A stretch of 64,000 nucleotides of DNA, from positions 31,868,001 through 31,932,000 of the forward strand of contig OX597839.1 of the NCBI GenBank assembly GCA_951406725.2. The letters run 5' to 3'. Within the stretch, counting starts at the first letter, position 1. Each line of letters begins with the position of its first letter. The notes under the pieces were generated by a model. It ran no database searches and had not been told where the DNA came from. It was given only the letters and a program-made list of their open reading frames with translations. This document shows positions 38,866-52,749 of the stretch, piece after piece. Position numbers and translations under genes: made by a program. This DNA is from Octopus vulgaris (lineage: Eukaryota).

Positions 38866-40830
38866 TGTTACACAGAACATGATGACTACACAAACTAATA
38901 AGAGGAAGAGAATTAAAGTTTACAATATTCATGACATTTTCAAGGATTTTGCTAATTTTAATGAAGGTTTACAATCAGTAATTAACACTAACAAATCCAC
39001 AAAATGTAATTGGAATTTCCTTTACAATTTTTTTCCTTCTTTCTAAATATGAGAATATTTTCCTCTCGAAACTGATGCTCAAAGATGAGAAACTTCCTAA
39101 GAATAACAAAATGAATCTAAAGAAAGCCATTAACTAAATGTGGCTTGAACAGCCAAGAAGTATTCTCTACAATTTGATGACCAAGTGTAAGCAGCCAGAT
39201 GGACAGGAAAATGGAAAGTTAATGTGCTTATGTGAGGAGAGCTTAGATCTTCCATTGACAGGAACATTTGGAAGTTTCAAGCCAAACATTAGAGATATCA
39301 TAGGCTGCAGCCAAACATTCCAACTGTCGATACTTTGAATATTAATGATATCCTGTTGAAATGTATTCAGTTGTTAATGCTTTCATAGATTAAAGTTAAA
39401 TTCAGAAGTGAAACTTAAGCTCTTACCATAAGTTGTTCAGTTGTTCAGTTGTCACTGCTTCCAGCAGAATTAGAAGGGAGTAAGTGAGAGTAAGTAAAGT
39501 ACACAAAAGATCTAACTAGGAAAATGGTCAAACTAATACATCATTCATTTTGACAATAGCATGTGAAGGAAGAATGCACAAGGAGCAAAATATCCTTTGT
39601 CTATCTTAAAAGGCATCTACAGAATTTGGCCAGTAAGGAATGTAATAATTGAAGCAATGATGTTTAGAACTGATCATAGCAAGGCTGGCATTTGAAACTC
39701 TCATCTGTACTAAGAGAACAGTCAGAGTGATGAAGTCTGGCCTTTAGATATCTTGAAACTAATGGGACATCAACTTTCTGGAACCTTTGCATCCAAAACC
39801 TTTCCGGATTACTGGTTCTTCCAAACTAGGAGTGGTTATTTTGGTCAACACAGTTTAAATTAAGCATATATTAAATTTATTTAAGTAATTAAATGAAATA
39901 CAGATACCTGTACATTTAGTATAAATGATACAAGTTTATTAATACTAAACTGTACAATGTACCAGTAAACTACTCTGGTGGATTTGAAGTTCCTGCTTGT
40001 AAATTAATGCAAATTATAAGAGGTTCCAAACCACCAGTGCTAAATCTGTAATGTGGACTTTTTACTCTATTGAGAAAGAACTGGACATAATTATTTTAAA
40101 GTATTGCTTCCATATAAAACATATTTAACAAACTCTGGTTATGTTAATAACCATATAAAAATATAAACAAAACCTAAACAAGAATATACAATTAGTACCA
40201 AAAAGAATATGCCTTAAAAAATGAAGTATTAATTAAATGTAACAAATGATTAAATTTTCTGAATGCTGTTTTCAGAAACAAATGTAATTAAATGAAAGTT
40301 GAGACTAACAATTTACCGTTCTTCTAATTATTATAATTATGATGTATTTTCTGCAGGAGGTACTATACACTTTACATCTATAAACTCAACACCAATAGAC
40401 CCAGTTGTATGCCTTTAATTTATTACAATTTAACAAACTTTAGTTTGATTCTATTAATGTCCAGAAACTTTTAGTTTTTTGGGGTTTTTTTTTTGTTTTC
40501 ATTCTGAAATATAACTTACACAAAAAGTCAATTATAAAAGACTATTTGTGATGTGGCATATAATTAGAACATTGTAGCTTGTAGCAGATGAATTATTTAG
40601 TGTATCACTAAACTGAAAGCCTATCGTTTACAGCATTTATTTGGAATTCAACAAAAATATTAGCATTTTTAACCATTATAAATAAGAAAACATTATAAAT
40701 GGTAGTAATAGCAGGAAAAGAGGACAACCATTCATAACATTAGTATAGCTTCAATTGCTGTTTTAATGTTATTTTATACTATTTATGCTCATCACAATTT
40801 ATGCCTCTTGAGCTAAACTTAGAAACAGAG

Positions 40831-40867
<37 letters not shown>

Positions 40868-40939
40868 ATATATATTATATTATATTACATATATATATAT
40901 ATATATATAATATATATATTATATTATATTATATTATAT

Positions 40940-41011
<72 letters not shown>

Positions 41012-42844
41012 AAGCATACCAAAGTTGAAATACAGATCCAATTTCACAGCTTAATTTTCAATTCCCTTGATGTAAGAAGCTCCGATAAGTTCATGCAATA
41101 CAAAACCAATATTTATATCGTAAATATCATTATTAGAGTTGAAGTAAGTTTATATTTATTGAAATACATTTGTCATCAAATGATGTTTTATTACAGAAGC
41201 AATCCATAATTAAATTATTTAACATTTTATGCTAAACAGGAACAACTGTTTGACAAGTTTTCTCAGCCAAGTGATCTTCAATGTGGCTTACACAAAAATA
41301 AACAATTTCGGAATAGTCAGTGACAATTGTAGGCACGTCAATTGTCATATGAAATACTAATGTAATGCTTGTGTTAGAAATAAAATTTATTAGCATGATT
41401 GAAGCCAGCCCTAAGACATGTTGATATTTAGAGAAATAAGGCACCCAACAATGATCCAAATGTATGAACAAACGTAATCTAGTATAAAGGAAAAACACAT
41501 GAAAGACGAGTAGTCAGGAAATTTGGAATTATTTCCATCCAGTGCCAATAATCTAGATTCTATTGGGACAAATTAAATCATTATTCCGAGAGACTCGTAT
41601 AGCATGGACTGAAAAATAAATGTTGCCACAACATATATAATTGCTTAAAGCACCATAATAAACAGACAGCTTTAATATTTTTCTTGCTGTTGCTGTTTGA
41701 ACCAGATCAATCCTGATCAAGCATGTTCGTAGGTAGTTGCTGGTGCATGGCTCCAAGTCAGCAAAGATTAAACAGACACCTATGATCAAAGACATTCCAG
41801 CTATGGCCAGCCTTTATATATTCCATTGTTCAGTATGTTTTTCTCTAACATAACCTAGCTTGCCTTTCAATGAGAGAATTTTTAGTTCACTGTGGAACCG
41901 TTCTGTGAATTTGGTATTTGTATGAACCAAAACGAGGTGCAGTGATATGATGATGAAAAGTGCACGATTTTATTATTTTGTAATTAGTTGTAGAGGAACT
42001 GGAGGTCCCAGGTAATTTCTTTGGTATAGGGTGATTGTTTTATTGTTATCCAAATGTGGGATTTCTAAATGCGTTTGCCTATCATTTTACTTTCCTCTCT
42101 CTGTCTCCCCAGTCTATCATGGATATTGCGTTGTGCTTAATTCCTAATATTTCATGCATGGTCTGTTTATGTTGAAGTTGTTTCAACCCCAGGCTGGCAG
42201 TGGGCAAGCCTATGATCAAAGGTTCAAAAGCTTTTGAGAAATCCAAAAATAGCAAAATGGCAGGAAAACGTCTTCCTTAAAATGGTTGGATGCCCCTTCC
42301 TCTTGAACATCAACCAGAAGGCTTGAAACTGTGTTGGGTGGCACTTATATGCTAATGCTTTGTGCCGTTTTTGTTAATGTCTTAGAAAGAATACCCCACT
42401 CCCCACCAAAGGATGATGTTACAACAAACTTCCTAAAGTGACACACACCATTAGTGAAGGAAGAGTTCATTTCATGGGATACTGCTAGGACTGGTTATTG
42501 ACGACCTACTTTAGGTACCTTGACATGGTTGCTATCATGTGGGAGACAGATTAATCAGTTAACAGATGGCACTAGTTGTCATTGAGAAGAAATATCACAG
42601 GTCATGGAAGATAGAGATAAGTGGTGGATGACGGTCATGTGGTATCCAAGAAAGCTTGATCTATGATGATCAACAGGCATTCCAAAGTTGGCCATCCCTT
42701 ATGAGTGTTTATGACTTCCCTGTGTAAATTGGTCCTTCTTTGTTTTTTATGACATTTAGGTTAAGATGTCATGGAATTTGGCTACAATTTCCATCCAATA
42801 GGTTTATGAACATTGAAGGTGACCAATCAGGAGCAAACTATCGG

Positions 42845-43530
42845 AAAATGGCAAAAGTTTGTGAACTGATCCATGGGAATCATTACTGAACAATCTATCA
42901 GCTCTTTTGCATGACTGGAATCAGTTCTGGAAACTGCCAGAAGATTCTCATGGAAAACCAGAAGTCTGTGTAAATTGTTCTTGGGTTTTTCACACTCATT
43001 TAAAAGCACCAGTGTCTTGGCATATGCACCAAACCTCATGAGAAAACTAACAATGACCCAACTTTGATCTCTATACAGTATAAAAATTTCAGATGAAATC
43101 ACAATTGGTTTTGAAAGTTGTCTTCAAGAAGTGAGCTTCCACAGTGTTTTTAAAGGGTGGAAGCTTTTCTGAGAGCTTTTTTTTTTTTAATCGTTCCCAA
43201 GTCATATAGACCCATAGGGCCAGTTTCCTGATTTCTGTGGTGCATATATTCTACCTGGACAGGACGGCAGTCCATTGCAAGATTACTTATTTTTGTCAGC
43301 TGAATGGACTGGAGCAACGGGAAATGAAGTGTGTTGTTCAAGAACACAATGCTCCCCCCCACCTCACCCAGTACAGGAACTGAAGCCACAACCTTACAAT
43401 CCAACACCCTAACCACTAAGCTACCTGACTCCACTGCTCTGAGCTCACTGTGTACTTTTCAAGAAGAAATAATTTTGGAAATGGTGGAGCCCAATTATAA
43501 ATAATATATGAAATACATTATTTACTAGGG
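42845..43530 (+). mobile_element. Decayed, internally deleted mariner (Tc1/mariner) transposase relic, interrupted by a SINE
   Basis: Frame from 42848 reads MAKVCELIHGNHY*TIYQLFCMTGISSGNCQKILMEN...KTNNDPTLIS, resembling the mariner HTH and linker; a C-terminus-like remnant resumes after 43440. Confidence 0.65.
43188..43433 (-). mobile_element. SINE family B, alternative tail, inserted in the mariner relic
   Basis: cagctgaatggactggagcaac core, ccctaaccactaagc head, tail shared with 6735-6950. Confidence 0.8.
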
Positions 43531-44131
43531 TACTGATATTCTTTTCTTCATACCACTGCTTCTATTAATATCACTGTATATAACAGACTAAATATTGTTA
43601 CATATTAAATAAATAGCAACCATCAGAACATGATTGGTTTTTTTACATGGCATCCGTACAATGAACCTGAGGTTTATTTTCAGTTCTTTCTTCTTAAAAA
43701 ACTCTCAAATTAACTTATTTGGCAATCCATAACATTTGTGGATGACATGCAAGATATTCTTCAAGAACCAGTGTAAGAAAGCTTATTTAATTTCTTTGAA
43801 ATATTGACATTTTTTTTCTCTTCTTTTCCATGGCTCTGCTAGCCAGACTGTCTTTATTTAACAATATGGAAGATGTTTTACTTTGTCAGACAAAATGTTA
43901 CTAAGTGGTTTCTGAGTTGTCTCAAGAATTGACAGTAATTTCTTTTAATTTTTAATGTATAACATTTTTGAAAATAAAATTTAAAAAATTGAATAATAAA
44001 AAAAAAATCGTGAAACATTTGTCTTGAACATACACTTCATAAGTATTTATTCAAATTCAAGATCAGTATAGTTTAAAATAACCTTTTATTTATATGTATG
44101 TGTGTGTGTGTGTTTGTATGTATGTATGTAT

Positions 44132-44175
<44 letters not shown>

Positions 44176-46289
44176 ACTAAAAATATATCAGAAATATAAC
44201 TGATAATGGGCATAATTCATATCCACAAAGTGAGATAATCTCTTCAGTGCTGGCACCATGGAAAAACAGCAACTTGTAAACATTATAAAATGATTAGCAA
44301 ATGAGCAGAGAAGGTATAGGATTGTGAAGTGCCTTTAGTTCTGTTCTTTTTTGTTCTGTTCTATTCGGCCTCTCTAATGTTGGTGCCAAATGTTCCCATT
44401 GCAGTGTGTAAAGTGGATAGTGACAGGAAGAGCAATGACATGCAAGAGCACCGGTCTACGGGAGCAGTGGCCCCCAGTAAGAAATGAATCAGACCATGAC
44501 AATTCGTTTAACCCGTGCCAGGATGGAAAGTTGACATAAAACTATGATGATGATGATGATGATGATGGTGTGACTCTAGAAACATTTCAGGAGATTTTGC
44601 AATGCCATATATTGATATTCTAGTTGGTAGAATAATTTTGTGGTTGATATAATAACATCAAGATTTTGTCCAAATTAGAGAGAATATAAATCAAAAGTTG
44701 GAAGGAATTATCCTGTAATCTGTGTATGAAGACTATTTATAATCAGAAGAACTGTTCAAGTCATTATGTAATGTGAAGAGTTCACAAAGACAAAGATCGG
44801 GAGATTCTAAACTACAGACCGAAATATTTAAGGCAACAATACAGTTCTTGCAAAATCAATTCAAAGTTCTGAGAGAATATAATTTTGTTAAATAATAGAA
44901 AGATCTACATTTTTATAGATTTTGCTTCTTACCAGCCATTCTTTATGTCTAACAATATCACCTGACTTGTAAGTTAAAGACATCGAATCAATCAAAATTA
45001 TTAAATCATAGAAGAAAAGTTAAATTAAACCAACTATAAAGTAATAAAATAAAAAATACATTGTTGTTGTTTTTTTTTTTGTTATTTTTGATTACATAAA
45101 ATGATTATAGATTTCATTGAAAAAGTTAATAGACTACATAGTTTCTAATATTTATTGAACAATGAATAAATCAATCAAAACAAAAAGGGGGGGGGGGGCA
45201 TTTATGTTCAATAATAGATTGATAGATAGGAAATTCATGAATAAAAGATAGCCATTCAGCAAATGTTTTCATTAATCAGTCAATCACAGCCACTTTTTTT
45301 TTTTTTCTTTTAATCTTATCAAATATATTAAGGGATTACCAACTGTTACACTAATAATGTAATAAATTTTGCCCTGAACTTTGCCTAACAAAGTTTCAAT
45401 ATTGGATCAGCTGATTTCAATCTTTATAGCAACGAAACGTGCAATATCATGAAACCTCATCTCTAGTTTCTGAGGAGTTCCTTTGACATCCTTCAAAATC
45501 AATTTTAAAAGTAATTTATAAATATACCATCATTTTCTTTTTAAATCAATTTTAAATGGTTATTTCTTTTTCTTTATGTTTGTTGTTGTGTTTTGTTCAT
45601 CATCATGGATCTTTTAGACAGAAAGCAATCCTTGTGATCCCCACCTCCTTTGTTTTATATGTCAATTATCCAGGGACAATCTCTTTGTAAGTCTGTCAAT
45701 ATTTCTACCAGAGTTTCAGTACCGCTTACACCTGTCTTTAGTTCTACAAATACTCTTTGGATCATTTCAGTGAAGCATATTATCTTGCAGCACACTGTTG
45801 GGTAATTCCATTCTTTTGACCAGACACCTGTACTTTTAGAGACTAACCAGAAAGAGATGTACTTATTTCTATGGTCACCTTGAAGAGGTCATTTAATTCA
45901 CATGGCCACAACACAACACAACATCAATCTCTAGATTAATTCGGAAATGGTCAGCTGGTAAAATGCACACTTGCTGAATATGATCATTTCACAAGACTTC
46001 AAAGACATGGCAAAAGCATTCCAATTGAAAAATTTCCAAAAATTTCAAATTGTTCTGGAGTAATTCCCATGATTTGGTACCATTCAACAAGACAGGCAAT
46101 ACAAATGATTGATAAATGTGGATTGTGATGCATATACTGAGATGGCTGTTTATTTATTGTTTTTTTTCATTTTTTTTTTTCAAACACTTTAATTAAGGGA
46201 ACCAAAGGCAGTTAATAGAAAGCCAATTGTATGTTTTGATATCTAACGATGCTGCAATTCTTTTCCCTTCTACATACGATCCAGAGTAT

Positions 46290-46519
46290 TTAACCCTTTA
46301 GTGTTTAAACCGGCCATATCTGGCCCAATATATTCCACATGTTTTATATTCAAACTGGCCATATCCAGCCTCTCACACCTACCCGACAATGTCATTCTAA
46401 ATATAAACAATCACATCATTGAAACCTCAAAGCTATAAGATAATGCATGATTAATTCAAAACAATTTGAGTGGAAAAGTATTAAATTTAACAGAGTAATC
46501 TGAACACTAAAGGGGTTAA
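46290..46519 (-). mobile_element. piggyBac-type MITE, family M1 (copy 3)
   Basis: TTAA-CCCTTTAGTGTT ... AACACTAAAGGGG-TTAA. Confidence 0.88.
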
Positions 46520-47639
46520 ATGCAATGGACGAATGTGTGGAAGAAATATGCAATACAAGGAACAAGAGATAAAGGACCAAGTGATATGGTCAGTGATGTA
46601 GACTGCACAAGTCATACACACACACATATATATACATGCAAACACACATATACACATACATACAAACTGTTAGCTTAATCTCAGAACCAAAACAACAATT
46701 CTATCACTTTAACATATAGAGAAAGAGAATGCAGGTGATGGAGAAAATAGTTTTCGCACAGTTCTGTCATCATTAATAATCTCTTTTTCTGCTTATTGAT
46801 AATTTAATATTAAATCATTTCTTTGGGTGGAATAAAGTTAGATATTCTTGCTGCAAGTCAAACTCCAAATTGATCTTCTCTATTTCAATTTTTCATGGAA
46901 TGATCTTTGGTCTGGTCGTTATCAACCACACTCCTCCATTTATGATGTACCTATTATGGTAAATGTGTGCAAACAGCATCTGGAGTCTACAATTCCCATC
47001 ATCCTCATTACGAAATCCAAACGATTTAGTCTCAGTTGCCTACTTAAGACACTCAAACTACAGATACTGAGAAAAGTTAAGAAAAACAACTTCTATACTG
47101 TAAAATGAATATACATTTCTCTTTAAATTGTTAAGTCTTTAATCTATAAAATGTCTTTAATCATTACACTTTAATCTATATAATGTTGGCTATTAATCGT
47201 AGACATAAAAACATCTTTTGAAACATTCCATCATGTATTAATATTTGTTTTCCATCATCATGCAAATAAGTTGTATGATTTCTATCAAAAGGGGCCACAA
47301 AATTATAGATTATTATTTCATAATGACAATTCTGTTTCAATATTGGAACAACATTTATTCTTGGTAAGCCATTACTTGTATATAACTAACTTTTATATAT
47401 AACTAACATTAAAACCAATTATATTCAATTTCCAGGTTCATAATAACATCTATACATACTTCTGCATGAAATGAAAATTCCTATTATCATAATTCCCTCT
47501 ATGAAACCCATTGATGCAACTATATTATCAAGCAGTAGGTTTTCGAATGTGTTCTAGTCCTTTTGGTTAAGTAATTCACTTTGTAAACACGTGGTTCTGA
47601 GTTCAATCTTGTTACACAGATTAACTAAGGGTTTGTGAG

Positions 47640-47905
47640 TGTAGTTGTTGGCATTATGGAAGGCATCAAGTTGTAGAAACCATACCAGAGCAGACGGTAG
47701 AGCTTGGTACAGTCTTCTGACTTATCAACTTCTGTTAAACTGTCCAACCCATGCCATCATGAAAAGTGGATGCTAAATGAAATGAATGATATATATATAT
47801 ATGTATATAATACTTATTTTAGTGTCTACTTTTCCATGTTACCATGGGTCAGCTGGAATTTGTTGAGGTAGATTTTCTATGGCTGGAAGATGCCCTTCCT
47901 TCCTA
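47640..47905. mobile_element. Two family D 3' ends, tail to tail (+ 47640-47790, - 47815-47905)
   Basis: cccatgccatcatgaaaagtggatgctaaa versus tttagtgtctacttttccatgttaccatggg. Confidence 0.7.
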
Positions 47906-47964
47906 GAAACAAAGAACATCACTTCTATGACAGTGACGCTCATTTACAAGCATCATATAAAGTC

Positions 47965-48142
47965 AAGACAAGGGTATATACAAACACACACCCATATATA
48001 TACATGTAAGATTGGCTTCTTTTAGTTTCCGTCTATCGAATTCACTCACAAGGCTTTCATTGAACAACAGCAGAAGGCACTTGCCCAAGATAAACCTGAG
48101 ACCACATGGTTGGTAAGCAAGCTTCTTAACCACACAGCCGTG
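47965..48142 (-). mobile_element. SINE family A, 5' half
   Basis: gcttcttttagtttccgtcta ... gcttcttaaccacacagcc. Confidence 0.8.
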
Positions 48143-48167
48143 CCAGTGCTCCACAGCCACACCTGCA

Positions 48168-48410
48168 CATCATCATCATCATCATCCTTTAATGTCCATT
48201 TTCCATGCTCACATGAGTTGGATGGTTTGACTGGAACTCACAAGATGGAGAGCTGCACCAGGTTTCCATCTGATTCGGCTTGGTTTCTATGGCTGGATGC
48301 CCTTCCTAATGCCAACCACTTTACAGTGTGCACTGGGTGCTTTTAATGTGGCACCACTCAAGCAATTTTACATGGCACCAGCATCAGTACTATTTACGTG
48401 GCACTGGCAC
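48168..48410 (-). mobile_element. Family D repeat
   Basis: (cat)n followed by tttaatgtccattttccatg...ggctggatgcccttcctaatgccaaccact. Confidence 0.8.
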
Positions 48411-49544
48411 AACACAACTCTTGCAGGCCAATCCTCTTTACCAGGGAGAGTGGTCTTAACATTTCCGCTGTGAAGGATAGGTCTTCTTGAATAAAGCAAA
48501 GTGCCAAGTTTTCATTACTGTGTTCTTCAGTTCCTTTAAAATTTTTTCTGATATCATTAAGAAATTAGCATAACAATTTAACCCAAGATGTGAAGTGCTA
48601 GATTAAATAATAAGGTAAAGGTATGGCTGTGTAGGAAGAAGTTTGCTTCCCAACCATGTGGTTCAATGTTCAATCTCACTGCTTAGCACCTTGGGCAAGA
48701 TGAAAGACGGTAATTTTCTTATTATAATCCACAGTTCCTGATATGGATACAAGGAAACAAATCTGTAGGAAAGTGATATTCTTGATTGATAAAATCCCAG
48801 TACATTATTACTGATTACTTTGGAATAATTAAGTACAAACTCAACCACAGTGAGGCTTGAACCCAAGAATGTACATGAGTATAACTACATATCATATTCA
48901 GTTAACCAATCTACTATCTCTGCTATTCCACTAACCTAATTGTAATCAATAATTAGCTAGTACAGTGGTACTAAAATAATTTTGTTTTGGTTGATGCATG
49001 AGAAATGATATTTATAGAAGGATACAGATGTTTGGGGATAGCCTTGTTGCAGCATCATCACTGAAGTTGCTAATCAGAAGCTCTTTCAGTTTGCACAAAG
49101 CCTCGCATGAAAATAGATGTTATTATTATTAATACTATTAGCGAGAGTCCTGTTTTTCGTCTTATAGTCTCCATAACAAATGTTTCTAAACTAATATTTC
49201 ATAACAGACATAACTTTTAATGTCAAGCATTAACTCAGATGTACAAGTAATACATTTTTAATTCAATTGCATATATATATATATAACATGCGTGCGTGTG
49301 TGTGTGTGTTTCTAAGACTTTTTTTTTATTCAACATCATTTTATTATTTCTTCTATTCTATCATGGAGTGTATAATTCTATGCATTCAGCCATCTAAGTA
49401 AACTGTTGAAGCATTTTGGCTTACAGATGGTTGCCCTCTTTTCGCTATTCATAAACAAAATACTTGTGATATTAGTTTTCAAATTTAGTTGATTAAGATT
49501 GAAAGAGGTACTTGAGTATGAAATAATTGTGGAAGATATATGGA

Positions 49545-49774
49545 TTAACTCTTTAGCATTCGGATTACTCTCTGTCAAATTTAATGCTTATTTATTCTAA
49601 TTGGTTTGAATTAATCACGCATTATCTTATAGTTTTGCGATTTCCATGAGGTGATTGTATATTTTTAGAATGACACCGTAATGTAGGCATTAGAAGATAG
49701 ATTTTGACAGTTTGAACATAAAACAGGTAGAATATTTGTGCCAGATGTGGCTGGTTTATATGCTAAAGGGTTAA
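49545..49774 (+). mobile_element. piggyBac-type MITE, family M1 (copy 4)
   Basis: TTAA-CTCTTTAGCA ... TGCTAAAGGG-TTAA. Confidence 0.85.
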
Positions 49775-50869
49775 CCTGACTGACTGAGACATAAAAGCAA
49801 CTTTGCCTTGGCTAAAAGTAAAATATAATGAACATGGTATCAGAGGTTCCATATCTTAAGCACTCAGCTTTCATGGCTACACATAACAAGCTTCAGAGGG
49901 TTTAGAAATAAAATAAAATGGAAACAGAAGCTTAGTCTGGCTAATTTTGCTGCTTCTGTTGCCGCCATGAGTTTGTACTAAAATAGCAGTTGTGAATTCA
50001 ATGTTTGTTTTTCAGCAGAAATGCTTTGGTAAAATATTGACATAAATCATTGCATTAAACAAACAAAACAATTTCAGTCTTTTTGATGCCACAGTTATTT
50101 TAACAGCAATTAAATAAAGCATTTGAAGAGAATCAATATGATAGAAGTTTTCAAGGAAATCACAGGAAGCCACAAAAGTTTTGAAGTATTCAAAGAACAA
50201 ATAAAGGTAATCCATAAAAACAAGTTTCTGCTGTGGTTCTTCACTGGATGGATGACTTCATAAATCTGGACATTCACAGGATTATGTCTAAAACCAATGT
50301 TTTGTAGCGCCAAAGCCAATTTTAGTGCCGACCATCCAACCATAAAAGAGGGAACACTGATGTTTAGTTCAGCTGAAATTTACTGAGCAAAACAATCTGC
50401 CACACCACGAAGAATACAGAGTAATTGTAAAGATTCTTTAAACTTGTAATTTTTAGGGTCAGTCATTTCAAATATTAATGGAGGGAGCTAATACTTTGAG
50501 AGTGAATTCAGTAGATGGAAACTGTGTGGAAGCTTGTCATGTGTACAAATAAGTAAACAAAGCGCTACTAATAGTTTCATGCTTAGGGATACACTAAATT
50601 GGCAGATTTATATAACATGTTGTGTATCTGCAAAGAATCGTTCAGGTTCCATGCATATCGTTAGATGTATTTAGAGACCAAGATGTTGGCCTATGAGAAA
50701 AGAAGAGAAGAAGAAGAAAACACAGAGAAAAATGCTGAAGCAAAAAGTGGAATGAGAAGAAAAGAAAAGAAAAGTAAGAAAAACAAGATCTTTGTCCTTT
50801 TTGTCTGTAGAAATCATAATTGATCTAGGTGGTGCAGAATAACATATAATATATGCATGTATGTGTGGG

Positions 50870-51085
50870 TGTGGGGGTGGGTGTATTTTTGACCTTTACA
50901 GTTTGATAATTGGTGCTGGTTTGTTTATGTCCTTGTAACTTGGTGGTTCAGCAAAAGAGACTGATAGAATAGATATTCAACTTTAAAAAAAAAAGACAAT
51001 AGATACTGGTGTTGATTTGTTTGACTAAGTGTTTCAAGGTGGTGCTCCAGCATGGCTGCAGTCCATTGACTGAAACAAGTGAAAA
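50870..51085 (+). mobile_element. SINE family A, 3' half (middle fragment also at 50498-50543)
   Basis: ggttcagcaaaagagactgatagaat ... ggtgctccagcatggctgcagtc. Confidence 0.8.
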
Positions 51086-51835
51086 GTAATCCAAAGAAAT
51101 GATTCCTTCCCAGACAGCAGCATCCCTTCCTCTCTCAGACAAAGGACAGTCTTGAAATGTTATTATTCGAACCTGCCGGTAGCAACTGAACTTATGAAAC
51201 TCTTCTGTGAACTACAACATCCTGATAACAAGGCTATAAATTACTGAACTAATAACGGTGTACCATGCAACCAGCAACCAGCAGCCTGTAGCCTGTCACT
51301 GGCAGCAGAATACCTCAAAGTGGTATAATTCACTATTGTAAACAGCAGTCATGTGGAATTGAGGAGTATTCCATCGGTTTGAAGTGTTATATTCAGTTAC
51401 TTCTTTGGAAGAAAAGCTAACAGTATAATGTCCTATTGAAAGAGATATTTGTCCAGACTGCTTAATATAACAAAGATGGAGTTGAACATTGACGATAAGT
51501 ATTTGACTTCAGAGGGGAAAAACAGAAAAATGCAAACAAACTATCTGCGATAAGACAGCCAACAAGACCACACAAAGTACTTGACTTTTCTTTTGTTGTT
51601 GTCTTCTTTTTTAAGATGCTCAATTAAACTTTACAATCAGTCTACAATTTAACAAAACCATTTCCTAAGTAAATCTTTAAATTGAATGTTAGATATTCCT
51701 ATAAATGAACAAAATATACATGAAGCTAGTCTCTGTTCATAATCATTATTTCATTAAATTTTGATCAGTTCTTTATTACTTCTTTAACGAAGCTACGTGT
51801 GTGTGCACACATATATATCTATGTACATATGTGTG

Positions 51836-51889
<54 letters not shown>

Positions 51890-51894
<5 letters not shown>

Positions 51895-52105
51895 TAATCC
51901 AAACAAGAAAGCACAAAAAAACACAACAACGCGAGGATGTGGAACAAATATAGTATTATTGGACGCTCAGGAAAGAAGGAAAGAAGGAGGGTTGAAAGAA
52001 GGAAAGAAGGAGGGTTTAACGTTTCGAGTGGAGCTCTTCGTCGGAAACATAGGAGAAGGGAAGACAGAGGAAAAAAATCGCCAACGGTACACACGAGGTC
52101 ACATG
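51890..52105 (-). mobile_element. Penelope-like element terminal fragment next to (TA)n
   Basis: Contains the CCGACGAAG...CGAAACG motif typical of Penelope pseudo-LTRs; CpG-rich; 23-bp direct repeat at 51971-52016. Confidence 0.6.
52014..52048 (-). ncRNA. Minimal type I hammerhead-ribozyme-like motif (U4 to C variant)
   Basis: GUUU-CCGACGA-A-GAG(CUCCA)CUC-GAAA-CG-UU-AAAC: stem I GUUU/AAAC, stem II GAG/CUC, palindromic ACGU stem III. Confidence 0.55.
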
Positions 52106-52749
52106 GGTTGGACAAAATAATGGAAACACATTAATAATTTATTAATAAAGCATATTACTCTGCCTCTGGTATTCGAGTACTATTTTTTCCACCTTGTTTC
52201 ACATTTATGTGCTTACTCTGGTATGTATGTAAACATATATATATTTAACCCCCTTGCTACAAAACAGTACCTATTCTCCGACCTATCTCAAACTACAGCC
52301 ACCACACCAACTTCATCCAATTCATTTCCACCACATGTTCAAACATTCATTTCTTTCACACATACTAAATGCCACTGGTAATAAATCACTGAGGTTAATT
52401 ACTTAGAGATGCCATCATCAACTGAATACAATAGTTGTGTTAGTGGTCTCATAATTAATTCAGTGAACATCAACAACCTATTTAGAAATACTTATCTGAT
52501 GTGGAAAAGATAACATCAGCTCAATGGCTAATATTTTCCTAATATTAGTCATGTATGGGAAACAACTCTGGACATGCTTCAGTTCCATTCGGCTCTCTTC
52601 AATGACACAAAAACTGTTACTGTACTTTGCCAAGGTAGTGGCTCTAAGAATCACTAGGTAGATGTAGGTGTGATAAGTTAAAGTTAGAATATCAATGAAG
52701 TTGTATCTTCATCAAACTGGTAGCTAACATAATTCTGACATAAGTTTAT

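Noticed and set aside
49961-49981. Perfect Kozak sequence GCCGCCATG
   Set aside because: The ORF is only MSLY*, with no promoter or exon context
50110-50343. 77-aa minus-strand ORF (and similarly 41232-41498)
   Set aside because: No recognisable domain and no convincing paired splice sites
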